A DNA stretch of 64,000 nt from an uncultured delta proteobacterium (GCA_963785235.1 CAWAUM010000005.1:320001-384000), one strand, 5' to 3'. Counted from the first letter of the stretch, positions 42,405 through 52,198 are shown. The notes: generated by a model from the letters alone, not told the origin. Numbers and translations are program-made.

Positions 42405-44044
42405 TAGAATTCCTCAAAATCATCTTCGAAATCTGTAGCGGCCGGCTTTATGGGCGAAGCTTTTGCTTTAACAGGCTGCTGTTTTTTCACGACGCTTTTT
42501 TTACCCTTGGATGTCTTCTCATCCTTAGATACCTTGAACCGTGCTACGGTTTCGGAAAGGTCATTGGCCTCGTTACTGAGGTTGTCCGAGGTACTCGCAA
42601 GCTCCTCTACCGTGGATGCATTCTGCTGGGTAGTGGTATCGATCTGTGAAACAGCACGGTTCAGCTCGTCCACACCGCTCGCCTGCTCGCTGCTTGCCGC
42701 TGCTATCTCCTCCATAACCTGAGAGAGGTCCTGGATGTGTTTTATGATCAGATCGAGAGACTCGCCTGATTTTTTTACCATGATGTCTCCGGCACTTATC
42801 TTCCCCACCGTGTCTTCGATCAAGGCCTTGATCTGACGTGATGCATCGGCCGACCTCTGAGCCAAAGCCCTTACTTCTTCGGCCACAACAGCGAATCCCT
42901 TGCCGTGTTCTCCCGCTCTTGCAGCCTCAACTGCTGCGTTTAGGGCCAAAAGGTTGGTCTGGAAGGCCACCTCGTTGACCGTGACGATGATGTCACCGAT
43001 CTTCTTGGATGCCGCTGATATCTCACTCATGCCCCTGACAAGCTCTTGAGCGGCATCGCCGCTTTGAGAGGCCATGCGCACCATGTCGGAAGCCTTCTGG
43101 CGGCCGTCGGTTGCATTCTCTGCATTGTGTTTGATGGACGAGGTCATCTGTTCGATGGTTGCAGCAACTTCCTCGATGGCGGACGCCTGCTCCTGAGTTG
43201 CCTGAGAGAGACCCTGTGCCCCTGCCGAAACCTCCTGTGTGGCTGTGCCTACCTGTATTGAAGAGTGTTTCACCTTAGTGATCACCTCTTCTAGGTTCCC
43301 TACAAAGGTATTGAACCAGGATGCGATCTCACCAATCTCATCGGTAGAAACCACAGGAAGCCTTTTTGAAAGGTCGGCCTCACCCTGGGCGATATCCATC
43401 ATGCTGGCGGAAATATCCCTTGCCCTCCGGGCGATCTTGCCCGCTACTACGGCTCCGATTAAAGCCACAACCAAGCAAGAGACAAAAAGGAATATATACA
43501 TCTGGATCTGCATGGAGCGGACATTGGCAAGTATCTCAGTAGAAGGTACACCAGCCCACAGGACCCAGTTTAAAGGCTTGACATGGGCCAGATAACTTAT
43601 CTTGTCAACGCCATCGAAGGAATACTTGTTTACGCCTTGCTTCTGGTTAACTGCTTTGCGTACCCAGTCATAGGTGTCATAGAGGGTCTTGTTGTTACGG
43701 AATTCGGCCTTGGGATGGTAGATGCAAGTACCATCAGGGGCGAAAATTGCAAGGTAGCCCGTCTCGAAGTACTTCTCTTTTGACGCCTCGTTGATGAGGT
43801 CGGTCTTGAGGGACTTCATGAGCTGATCCTTGATGATATCAAGGTTACCCTCGATGGATGCACTACGAACCTCAGCCATCCTGGCAAAGGATTCAACCTT
43901 AACTTTCAGGTAGTCGAGAGCTTGCTTTTGCATGAAGCTGCTGGTGCTGATACCAACATAGATGATAGCGGCAAGAAGCGGAATCAGACCGGAGCAAACG
44001 ACAAGGGCAATCAGCCGACCTCGGAGTTTCCATTTGAGCGCCAT
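42404..44044 (-). CDS. Methyl-accepting chemotaxis protein (TM-Cache-TM-HAMP-signalling) with C-terminal pentapeptide DFEEF
   Basis: QTNLLALNAAVEAARAGEHGKGFAVVAEEVR hairpin; tail ...TDFEDDFEEF. Confidence 0.95.
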   Translation of the reverse strand: MALKWKLRGRLIALVVCSGLIPLLAAIIYVGISTSSFMQKQALDYLKVKVESFARMAEVRSASIEGNLDIIKDQLMKSLKTDLINEASKEKYFETGYLAIFAPDGTCIYHPKAEFRNNKTLYDTYDWVRKAVNQKQGVNKYSFDGVDKISYLAHVKPLNWVLWAGVPSTEILANVRSMQIQMYIFLFVSCLVVALIGAVVAGKIARRARDISASMMDIAQGEADLSKRLPVVSTDEIGEIASWFNTFVGNLEEVITKVKHSSIQVGTATQEVSAGAQGLSQATQEQASAIEEVAATIEQMTSSIKHNAENATDGRQKASDMVRMASQSGDAAQELVRGMSEISAASKKIGDIIVTVNEVAFQTNLLALNAAVEAARAGEHGKGFAVVAEEVRALAQRSADASRQIKALIEDTVGKISAGDIMVKKSGESLDLIIKHIQDLSQVMEEIAAASSEQASGVDELNRAVSQIDTTTQQNASTVEELASTSDNLSNEANDLSETVARFKVSKDEKTSKGKKSVVKKQQPVKAKASPIKPAATDFEDDFEEF

Positions 44045-44155
44045 ATATACTCCTTTACATCTATAATTTCTTAATAATTCACTTTTATGTTAAATGTTTC
44101 CATCACGCATACTCTCGTAAAAGCAGAATCAATCAAATATTTCAGACGTCACTCC

Positions 44156-46246
44156 TTAACGGAACGCCATACGCTCAATACTATATACGTCTAAAATCAA
44201 TGAAACCTTGCCATTGCCGAGAATCGTGGCCCCGGATGTGCCCTCGATCTTTTTGAAATTCTTATCAATGCTCTTGACAACAGCCTGCATCTGACCGAGC
44301 ACGTCATCAACCAGGATGCCGAACCTGTTCTGCTCGCCATGAAGGACGACCACAAGGGCCTCGGTAGGGTCTATCTTGACGGAAGGGAGGTTAAAGAGCT
44401 GATAGAGGCGGACCAGAGGGAGGTAGTCCCCTCTGATATCAACAAGCTCGCCTTTTCCTTCAACGGTCTTGATCTCGGCCTTTGATGGACGCACAGATTT
44501 ATCTATAACAGAAAGTGGAATAGTCAGTACTTCAGTGCCCACCTTTACCATCATGCCGTCTATGATGGCCAGCGTCAAAGGTAGCTTGATCCTGAATCTG
44601 GAACCGTTGCCTTCCTCTGAAGTGATTTCGACGCTGCCCCTGAGGTCCTCTATATTCCTTTTCACAACGTCCATGCCGACGCCCCTGCCCGAGAGTTCGC
44701 TGACATTTTCAGAAGTGGAAAGGCCCGGGGCAAAGAGCATATCGAAGATCTCCTTGTCGGAATATGACTTGCCGGACTCGGCCTGACCCTTTTCAATAGC
44801 CTTGGCCAGTACCCTTTTCTTGTCTATGCCTTTGCCGTCATCTGATATTTCGATATAGATGTTACCCTCGCGCTGAAATGCCTTAAGCCAAATGGTACCG
44901 ATCTCAGACTTTCCGATCCGGCGCCTTTCTTCAGGCATTTCAATGCCATGGTCTATTGAATTTCGGATCATGTGTTTTAAGGGATCACTAATCTGTTCTA
45001 TAACGTTTTTATCCAGCTCGGTCTCGGTCCCTGACATTTTGATTTCAATCTTCTTTCCCAACTCGAAAGAAAGGTCCCTGACCACCCTGCGGAAGCGGTT
45101 AAACGTGCCTTCCACCGGGACCATACGGACCCGCATGACCTGCTCCTGAAGATCACGCGAGATGCGCTCAAGGGCTGATATGGCGCCTTGCAATGATCGT
45201 GAAAGTGCCGTATCCGCAATATCGCTGGCACATTGTGACATACGGGCAACAGATATAACCATCTCGCCAACAAGATTAACAAGCTTATCAAGCTTGTCCG
45301 TATCGACCCTGATAGTGGAAGATTTGGCGATCTTCCTGCTCTGGGATTGGGCCAGGGCCATTTTCTCCACAGCATCCCGTGATACCTTGCCCTTTTCCAC
45401 AAGGGCCTGACCTGTGGTCTTATGTTCCATGAGGGCTTCTTCGACATCATTCTGAGTGACAAGGCCCTTTTCTACAAGGATCTCACCGATGGGTTTTTCC
45501 GCAAGCGAGAGGTCAATGCCCTCTTTATATTGAGATGATATATCGGCAACTGAAATCTCGTTTTCATCCATAACAAAGATGAAGACATTGTTGACATCGG
45601 AAACGGGACGATTCGTCCGCATTATGATATCCCATGATGTGTAACATGTAGTAGGAACAAGATTGTATAAGTCCGGAATGGCATCAACATAAACCCGTGA
45701 TTCGATAATTTCTCCAAGATCTTTCAATTCCTGGATAAGCATAATGGGGTCTTGACCTGTTGCGAGGATGTCAGGCCTGAATTTCATCATGACTGAAATT
45801 ATCTTTTCTCCTGACATATCTTTCAATTTCGACAGTTCACCTTGGGTATCACCAGCGGATTTTGCAGCCCTGGAAAAACGTTTGAGTGACTGTATAGACT
45901 GCTCAATCTCTTTTTCATCTATCTCTTCACCATCACTGCCGGCTGCAATCATACGCTTCAAAAAGTCAACCGAGGCAAGCATCGTGGAAATGAGCTTTTT
46001 CGTGATGGTCAGGTCCTTTTTGCGAATCCTGTCGAGGATATTTTCTAGGGTATGGGTATAAATGCTGACACTGTCGAATCCTACAAGACCTGCAGACCCT
46101 TTTATCGTATGGGCTGCTCGAAAGACCCTGTTGATTGTGTCTTCATCATTTTTATCTTCTTCGAGCCTGATGAGACCGGATTCCAGCTCACGAATCTCAT
46201 CCTCACTCTCTTCCATGAATACCTTGACTAATTCATCCATTGCCAT
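44156..46246 (-). CDS. cheA: Chemotaxis histidine kinase CheA
   Basis: Hpt FRAAHTIKG, IRVDTDKLDKLVNLVGE, RNSIDHGIE, SGRGVGMDVV, CheW domain. Confidence 0.97.
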   Translation of the reverse strand: MAMDELVKVFMEESEDEIRELESGLIRLEEDKNDEDTINRVFRAAHTIKGSAGLVGFDSVSIYTHTLENILDRIRKKDLTITKKLISTMLASVDFLKRMIAAGSDGEEIDEKEIEQSIQSLKRFSRAAKSAGDTQGELSKLKDMSGEKIISVMMKFRPDILATGQDPIMLIQELKDLGEIIESRVYVDAIPDLYNLVPTTCYTSWDIIMRTNRPVSDVNNVFIFVMDENEISVADISSQYKEGIDLSLAEKPIGEILVEKGLVTQNDVEEALMEHKTTGQALVEKGKVSRDAVEKMALAQSQSRKIAKSSTIRVDTDKLDKLVNLVGEMVISVARMSQCASDIADTALSRSLQGAISALERISRDLQEQVMRVRMVPVEGTFNRFRRVVRDLSFELGKKIEIKMSGTETELDKNVIEQISDPLKHMIRNSIDHGIEMPEERRRIGKSEIGTIWLKAFQREGNIYIEISDDGKGIDKKRVLAKAIEKGQAESGKSYSDKEIFDMLFAPGLSTSENVSELSGRGVGMDVVKRNIEDLRGSVEITSEEGNGSRFRIKLPLTLAIIDGMMVKVGTEVLTIPLSVIDKSVRPSKAEIKTVEGKGELVDIRGDYLPLVRLYQLFNLPSVKIDPTEALVVVLHGEQNRFGILVDDVLGQMQAVVKSIDKNFKKIEGTSGATILGNGKVSLILDVYSIERMAFR

Positions 46247-46254
46247 GGTTAGGT

Positions 46255-46632
46255 TTACCTCATGAATTTTTTTGTGACATATACAAGCTGCTCCGGTTTA
46301 AAAGGTTTAACGAGCCAGCCGGAAGCCCCTGCCTGCTTGCCCTTAAGCTTCATATCATCCTGTGACTCGGTGGTGAGAACAAGGATTGGTAAAAATTTAA
46401 AAGGCGTCTTTTTAACTTCCTTGATGAAGGTGATCCCATCCATAATCGGCATGTTAATGTCACTGATGATCATTCCGATCTGGTCACCTTGCTTGTGGGC
46501 TTCAGTAAGCTTCTCTAACCCATCGGCCCCATTGACGGCGTTGATTGTCTCAAATCCAGCTGATTTCAGTGTATAATTTACCGATGCCCGCAGTGTTGCA
46601 GAATCATCGACCACAAGGATCTTCTTTTTCAT
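46255..46632 (-). CDS. cheY: Single-domain response regulator CheY
   Basis: VVDDS, ISDINMPIMDG, LTTES, GASGWLVKPF; directly upstream of cheA. Confidence 0.9.
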   Translation of the reverse strand: MKKKILVVDDSATLRASVNYTLKSAGFETINAVNGADGLEKLTEAHKQGDQIGMIISDINMPIMDGITFIKEVKKTPFKFLPILVLTTESQDDMKLKGKQAGASGWLVKPFKPEQLVYVTKKFMR

Positions 46633-46934
46633 GGGAGGGTCTCCTTCAAGGGAACATTAAACCCCGAGAGGTCGATGATATCTCTGATGGATTGGTTTAT
46701 CGCAAGTATGTGCAACGCTCCATCGTTCTCAAAGGTCTTCTTGAGAGAATACAGGAGTTGCAGGCCTGCAATATCAATTTCATCCACCTGGCTGAGGTCA
46801 AGGGTAATATTCCGTGAGGAATCCTCAAGAAAAGACTCGATTTCAGAATGTATCGACTCTATGTTTGTTACAACAAGATTGCCCTTGAGGATAATTGTTC
46901 CCTGGTCATCAGTACTAATTTCCATCTTTCTCAC
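46629..46934 (-). CDS. STAS domain protein (chemosensory type, no phosphorylatable Ser)
   Basis: LDLSQVDEIDIAGLQLL. Confidence 0.85.
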   Translation of the reverse strand: MRKMEISTDDQGTIILKGNLVVTNIESIHSEIESFLEDSSRNITLDLSQVDEIDIAGLQLLYSLKKTFENDGALHILAINQSIRDIIDLSGFNVPLKETLP

Positions 46935-47239
46935 CTCATGGATATGGGAAAGAGCTTGTCCAGTTTCACTGCCTTGAAAATGTTATAGAGGTTTTCATGG
47001 ATTCCTTTAATCTCGAAACCCGCCTTTGCGCTGTCAAGACTTTTAAAGAACATGAGTATCTTGCCGATGCCGGAAGATCCCATGGTGGGAACCATTGAGA
47101 GGTCCATAACTACTTTTTTCGGTCTCTGGCCGGCAATCTTATTCAGCTCAGACCTGAGTATCTCCGCAGCGCCGGTATCTACAGCACCGGAAACCTTAAC
47201 AATCAAGGTATCACCATTAACTTTTGTTGCCACATCCAT
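46931..47239 (-). CDS. STAS anti-sigma-factor antagonist (SpoIIAA/RsbV-like)
   Basis: MDLSMVPTMGSSGIG keeps the Ser in the usual D-S-S/T-G position; AGGAGG RBS. Confidence 0.85.
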   Translation of the reverse strand: MDVATKVNGDTLIVKVSGAVDTGAAEILRSELNKIAGQRPKKVVMDLSMVPTMGSSGIGKILMFFKSLDSAKAGFEIKGIHENLYNIFKAVKLDKLFPISMR

Positions 47240-47417
47240 GTAAGGCCTCCTTTATTAGGGTAATTCTTGCTAATAAATCGGATATGCTCATCCTTGTTAA
47301 TACCATTCGGAAAATCAGATCCTAATCTTTATGGTATTGCAACAATAGTAAGACAGATCAAAAAATTATCAAGCTACAAGACTACAAACAGCAGGTAATT
47401 AAAGGGACACAAGCACA

Positions 47418-47446
47418 TTGACAGACGCCTCAATGAGATATATCTA
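47418..47446 (+). promoter_or_regulatory. Putative sigma-70 promoter of the rapZ operon
   Basis: TTGACA-N17-TATCTA. Confidence 0.45.
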
Positions 47447-47551
47447 GATCCGACGGGCAGGGGGTATTTACGTGATGAAGATCGGGCATTACCGGAAGGT
47501 TTGCTTAATATCCACTGATAATGCGATTATGGGTAAAGTCTGGATGGTTTC

Positions 47552-48421
47552 ATGAAACACGCCTTTATCCTTGTGATCACAGGTTTGTCCGGCTCAGGGA
47601 AGTCAACAGCACTCAAGGCCATTGAGGATGAGGGCTTTTTCTGTATGGACAACATGCCTATAGACCTTATGGATAAATTTTTAGAGCTTTATGACTCGGC
47701 CTCATTCAATATCCATAAAGTATGTATCTGTATGGATGTGAGGGCTGGGGCGCCGTCATTTGCAGAAAAGGCACCCTGGATTATATCCAGATTGAGGTCC
47801 TTTGCCGATAATGTCAGGCTTATCTTCCTGGAATCAAGTAAAGAAAATCTTCTCAACCGGTATAAGGAAACAAGAAGGAGGCATCCTTTAAGTGATTCCT
47901 ACCCGAACCTTCTGGATGCCATTGAGGCGGAGATAGATCTCATGGCGCCTCTGAGGGGAATGGCGGACCTCAGTGTGAACACCTCACAAATGAATGTCCA
48001 TGAACTTGTAAGTAAGATCAAGGAAATCATTTCCACGGAAGACAAATCGCGGGATATGTATATTGAAGTGTGCTCCTTTGGATTCAAGAAAGGACTTCCC
48101 ATGGATTCTGATATTGTCATGGATGTAAGGTTTTTGCCAAATCCATATTTTGTAGAAACGCTCAAGGAAAAAACCGGATCCGACAAAGAGGTTAAAGAGT
48201 ATTTGAGCTCCTTTGATAGCTACGCCCAGTTTATGCATAAATTCAAGGAACTGATTACATTCATCCTCCCGCTATGCAAGAAAGAAGGAAGAGCATATCT
48301 GAATATTGCCATCGGCTGTACAGGCGGCAGACACAGATCCGTGGCAATTGCGGAAGAGATCAAGGAAGTGATAGAAACCGCCGGATACCCGAGCAGGTTG
48401 AAGCATCGTGATGTAACCTGA
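47552..48421 (+). CDS. rapZ: RNase adapter RapZ (YvcJ-family P-loop protein)
   Basis: TGLSGSGKS, ETRRRHPL, SFGFK, DVRFLPNPY, GCTGGRHRS. Confidence 0.95.
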   Translation: MKHAFILVITGLSGSGKSTALKAIEDEGFFCMDNMPIDLMDKFLELYDSASFNIHKVCICMDVRAGAPSFAEKAPWIISRLRSFADNVRLIFLESSKENLLNRYKETRRRHPLSDSYPNLLDAIEAEIDLMAPLRGMADLSVNTSQMNVHELVSKIKEIISTEDKSRDMYIEVCSFGFKKGLPMDSDIVMDVRFLPNPYFVETLKEKTGSDKEVKEYLSSFDSYAQFMHKFKELITFILPLCKKEGRAYLNIAIGCTGGRHRSVAIAEEIKEVIETAGYPSRLKHRDVT

Positions 48422-48435
48422 GGAGGTCTTGTTTT

Positions 48436-48849
48436 ATGGTCGGAATTATTGTTGTTGCACACGGAGAACTTGCGCGCGCTTTTGAAGAAACAGCCCAGAT
48501 GATCGTTGGGCCTGCTGAGGCATTCAAGACGTGCTCCTTTGTTCAGGGGAGCGATGTTGACAGCCTTCGTAAGATGCTCAAATCGTCAATCAAGGAAGTA
48601 AATAGGGGTGATGGCGTCATTATACTCACGGATATGTTCGGAGGCACACCGTCGAATATAAGCCTATCTTTCCTTGAAAAAGGAAAGATTGAGGTTATCA
48701 CCGGTGTCAATCTCCCCATGGTAATCACTGCGCTCACAAAGCGAACAGGAAAAGAGATAGGAGAACTGGCGAGGATGCTGAAGGAGGGAGGGGCAAAGAA
48801 CATACATATAGCTTCTGAGATCCTCGCAACAAACGTGACTGAAAAATGA
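48436..48849 (+). CDS. PTS mannose/fructose family IIA component
   Basis: VVAHG, TDMFGGTPSN, GVNLPM. Confidence 0.92.
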   Translation: MVGIIVVAHGELARAFEETAQMIVGPAEAFKTCSFVQGSDVDSLRKMLKSSIKEVNRGDGVIILTDMFGGTPSNISLSFLEKGKIEVITGVNLPMVITALTKRTGKEIGELARMLKEGGAKNIHIASEILATNVTEK

Positions 48850-49334
48850 ATGTAGTGCTGGTAAGGGTGGATGACAGGTTTATTCATGGACAAATTCTTG
48901 AGTCCTGGATACCACATTTGAAAGCCCAGGGTGTCATTGTAGCCAATGACGGCCTTGCCGGTGATCAGATTCAAAAGACCATCATGTCCATGGCTATTCC
49001 CGACAGGATCAAACTGAAGATCGTGAGTCTGGTAGATGCAGAGCGTCTCATTGATGACTGCGAATTTCATGGGAAACGTTGCCTGGTGATCGTATCCAAT
49101 ATCAAGGATGCATGCCGGTTGTTTTCCAAGGGTTTCATATTCACCAAACTTAATATTGGGAACAACAAGGCTGCAGTGCCATCAAAACAGCTCTCCTTTT
49201 CCGTATGGGTGGACCAGGAAGAACTTGATATGGTCAAGTCACTCATGGACAAAGGTATCGAAGTTACCCTGCAATCCGTTCCGCGAGAACGCCTTATTGA
49301 CATGAAATCCATTATTGATATGGTAGATATATGA
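48846..49334 (+). CDS. PTS mannose/sorbose family IIB component
   Basis: RVDDRFIHGQ (phospho-His), LNIGN. Confidence 0.92.
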   Translation: MNVVLVRVDDRFIHGQILESWIPHLKAQGVIVANDGLAGDQIQKTIMSMAIPDRIKLKIVSLVDAERLIDDCEFHGKRCLVIVSNIKDACRLFSKGFIFTKLNIGNNKAAVPSKQLSFSVWVDQEELDMVKSLMDKGIEVTLQSVPRERLIDMKSIIDMVDI

Positions 49335-50005
49335 TAATAGAAGGCTTCTTGGGGGTACTTACAGGTTCGCTGCTCTGGCTGGATAGGGTTTATATATTCC
49401 AACTCATGATAAGCCGTCCCATGATCATGGGACCGATTATTGGATTTGTCATGGGTGATGTAAAGATCGGGATACTCATTGGGGCATCATGTGAGCTCCT
49501 CTGGCTCAATGCCCCGCCGGTGGGGAGTTATCTTCCCAACGATGAAAGTTTTTGTACTGCAGTTGCCGTACCTGTAGCTGTAATTGCAAGCGCATCCATG
49601 GACAATATGGCCGCGTCTGGTTTATCCATTTTATTGAGTTTGCCGACTGCCCTTGTGGGCAGATCTCTTGATACGCGCTTGCGAACGTTAAATGAAGGAC
49701 TCCTCCCCGTAGGTTCACAGGTTATGGAAAATGATTTTTCAATAGCTATGAGAAAAGCTATAGCAAGGGCTTTTTTTCTTGCATTTATTGTGATTTCTGT
49801 CTGTGTCATTTTACTCGGGACCATTACCTTTTTTATTAAGGCCGGTATCCCTGAAGGAATACTTGCAGCACTGAAGTTCATGCCCTTTGCGTGTGTGATC
49901 ATAGGTCTTGCCGCCCTTATCTCCAAGGAACTGCCAAGTAAAGCACATGCAAGTGTCTTCATCCTGGGCATGACCCTTGTGCTTCTGCTCACATGGATCC
50001 TGTAG
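49331..50005 (+). CDS. PTS mannose family IIC-like membrane protein
   Basis: QLMISRPMIMGPIIG...ELLWL...GSYLP, typical IIC N-terminus. Confidence 0.82.
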   Translation: MIIEGFLGVLTGSLLWLDRVYIFQLMISRPMIMGPIIGFVMGDVKIGILIGASCELLWLNAPPVGSYLPNDESFCTAVAVPVAVIASASMDNMAASGLSILLSLPTALVGRSLDTRLRTLNEGLLPVGSQVMENDFSIAMRKAIARAFFLAFIVISVCVILLGTITFFIKAGIPEGILAALKFMPFACVIIGLAALISKELPSKAHASVFILGMTLVLLLTWIL

Positions 50006-51204
50006 TCATCCTTCTGGCAACCTCGGAGCATGTCAGGGAAATTGTTGCTATAGAATGCATGTCTTTTCCATCCCCATGGGATGAGGAAACTTTTATTGTT
50101 ACCCTGGAAGATACAAGGTGCAACTCATTTGTAGCAATTGAAGATGGGTTGGTTGTAGGTTACTGTCTCGCGCTGAACCTTGAAAACATGTTCCACATCC
50201 TCAATCTGGCGGTACATCCTGAATATAGAAGGCGTGGTATAGCCAGACAGCTCGTGAAAGAAATCCTTATGGACGCGGCAATAAAAGACAAGGTATATGC
50301 CGTATTAGAGGTGAGAAAAACCAATGTGCCTGCACGATCACTCTATTCATCCATGGGGTTTTCCCACATGAGCACATGGAGCAGATATTATAATGATAAT
50401 AATGAGGATGCAGCAATTATGGTGAAGGATTTACGATCCGGTATGGTTCAAGATGTGGAGTGCACTGTTATCAGAAATGTCGAGGTTGCAAACCAAACCT
50501 ATCATATTATACTTGAAGGCGAGCTGCCGTTTTCTGCACCGGGCCAGTTTTTTATGGTACAGATAAACAATGGTATGGAACCTTTTCTCAGGAGGCCATT
50601 GGCGATTCTCGGGCAAAAAAGCAACTATCAGGAGTTGCTTTATCGAATCAGGGGTGAAGGCACAAGAATCCTATCAGAGAAGAAGGAGGGAGAAACTCTC
50701 AAGGTGCTTGGCCCTCTGGGCAAAGGGTTCACACGACATGATGGGAAAAAGATAGTCTATATTGCCGGAGGAACCGGGTTTCCACCGGTTCTCTCACTTG
50801 CAGAACGAATCAAATCAGGCCATTTTATCATCGGCGCAAAGAACCGGTATGACCTGCCGTTGCTTGAGCGGATACAGGCAATCCCGAACACCGAGATTAT
50901 TATAATGACCGAGGATGGATCTCTCGGCAATAAGGGACTGGCAACGGATATTATAAGTAATGTTTTAAGGGATGGAGAGAACGGTGAAGACACCATCATT
51001 TACGCCTGCGGGCCTGTAGGCATGCTGAAGGCGGTATCAAGGCTGGCAGTCAAGACCGGCATCCTTTGTGAGATATCACTTGAAGAACGAATGTCATGCG
51101 GTTTCGGCGCCTGCACAGGCTGCGTAGTCCGGACCATAAAGGGCAACATGAGGGTCTGCAGGGAAGGGCCGGTGTTTAATGCCCTTGATATCATCTGGGA
51201 TTGA
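49993..51204 (+). CDS. pyrK: In-frame fusion of RimI-type N-acetyltransferase (aa ~1-147) and dihydroorotate dehydrogenase electron-transfer subunit PyrK (from 50443)
   Basis: RimI motifs: FPSPW, LNLAVHPEYRRRGIA, LEVRKTN, YY...EDA. PyrK motifs: PGQF, LRRP, GPLGKGF, CGP, CGFGACTGC, VCREGPVF. Confidence 0.85.
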   Translation: MDPVVILLATSEHVREIVAIECMSFPSPWDEETFIVTLEDTRCNSFVAIEDGLVVGYCLALNLENMFHILNLAVHPEYRRRGIARQLVKEILMDAAIKDKVYAVLEVRKTNVPARSLYSSMGFSHMSTWSRYYNDNNEDAAIMVKDLRSGMVQDVECTVIRNVEVANQTYHIILEGELPFSAPGQFFMVQINNGMEPFLRRPLAILGQKSNYQELLYRIRGEGTRILSEKKEGETLKVLGPLGKGFTRHDGKKIVYIAGGTGFPPVLSLAERIKSGHFIIGAKNRYDLPLLERIQAIPNTEIIIMTEDGSLGNKGLATDIISNVLRDGENGEDTIIYACGPVGMLKAVSRLAVKTGILCEISLEERMSCGFGACTGCVVRTIKGNMRVCREGPVFNALDIIWD

Positions 51205-52115
51205 ACGTGAATACCTCAGTAGAAATTACTCCCGGTCTTATCTTGAAGAACCCTCTCATGAGTGCTTCAGGCACCTTTGCCTATGGAGAGGAGTTTTCTG
51301 AACTTTTTGATCTGGGTATTCTTGGCGGCCTTGTTACGAAAGGGCTTTCCCTTGCCCCAAAGGAAGGCAACCCTACACCGCGGATCGTAGAGACGCACTG
51401 CGGCATGATTAATTCCATCGGGCTTGAAAATATTGGTATCCCCAGATTTATTGAGGAAAAGCTCCCGTTCCTGATGGAATATGATACCCATACAATCGTA
51501 AACTTTTTCGGCACTACTGAAGATGAGTATGTGCGAGCAGCCCAATCCCTTGACAGGCAAGGCATATCTGCCCTGGAAATGAATGTTTCATGCCCCAATG
51601 TGAAAAAGGGGGGCATCGAGTTCGGAAGAGACCCGGAAGGGCTCCATGCCCTGGTAAAAAAGGTTCGTGATGTTTGCGGAAAACCCCTGATCGTAAAGCT
51701 CTCCCCCATGGTCACTGATATCTCAGGGATTGCGCTCGCCGTTCAGGAGGCTCGCGCAGACGCCATAACCTGCATCAATACCCTGCCTGCCATGGCAATC
51801 GATGAAAAGACCCGTAGGCCTGTCCTCGGCAATATAACGGGGGGGCTTTCTGGCCCCGCCATCAAGCCGGTTGCATTGAAGATAGTCTGGGATGTGTCAC
51901 GTATCGTACATATACCCATTATAGCATCCGGCGGCATCACTTCAACCCGCGATGTCATTCAGTTCATGCTGGCTGGCGCTACGGCAGTGCAGATCGGCAG
52001 CGCAGCTCTACGAGACCCGTTCTGCTATATTGAAATCATTGATGGAATCCATGCTTATATGGAAGAATTTCATATTGAATCTGTATCAGAACTCATTGGC
52101 GCCATTGAAGCTTGA
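51201..52115 (+). CDS. pyrD: Dihydroorotate dehydrogenase family 1B catalytic subunit
   Basis: ASGTF, NSIGLEN, NVSCPNV, VKLSP, GGLSGPAIKP. Confidence 0.95.
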   Translation: MNVNTSVEITPGLILKNPLMSASGTFAYGEEFSELFDLGILGGLVTKGLSLAPKEGNPTPRIVETHCGMINSIGLENIGIPRFIEEKLPFLMEYDTHTIVNFFGTTEDEYVRAAQSLDRQGISALEMNVSCPNVKKGGIEFGRDPEGLHALVKKVRDVCGKPLIVKLSPMVTDISGIALAVQEARADAITCINTLPAMAIDEKTRRPVLGNITGGLSGPAIKPVALKIVWDVSRIVHIPIIASGGITSTRDVIQFMLAGATAVQIGSAALRDPFCYIEIIDGIHAYMEEFHIESVSELIGAIEA

Positions 52116-52198
52116 TATAAACCTTCCTTTGTAACAGGCATAGGACTTCATGAAGGATCTCCCTTATATGGATATCCTTTTGATGGACTTTTTTACTC

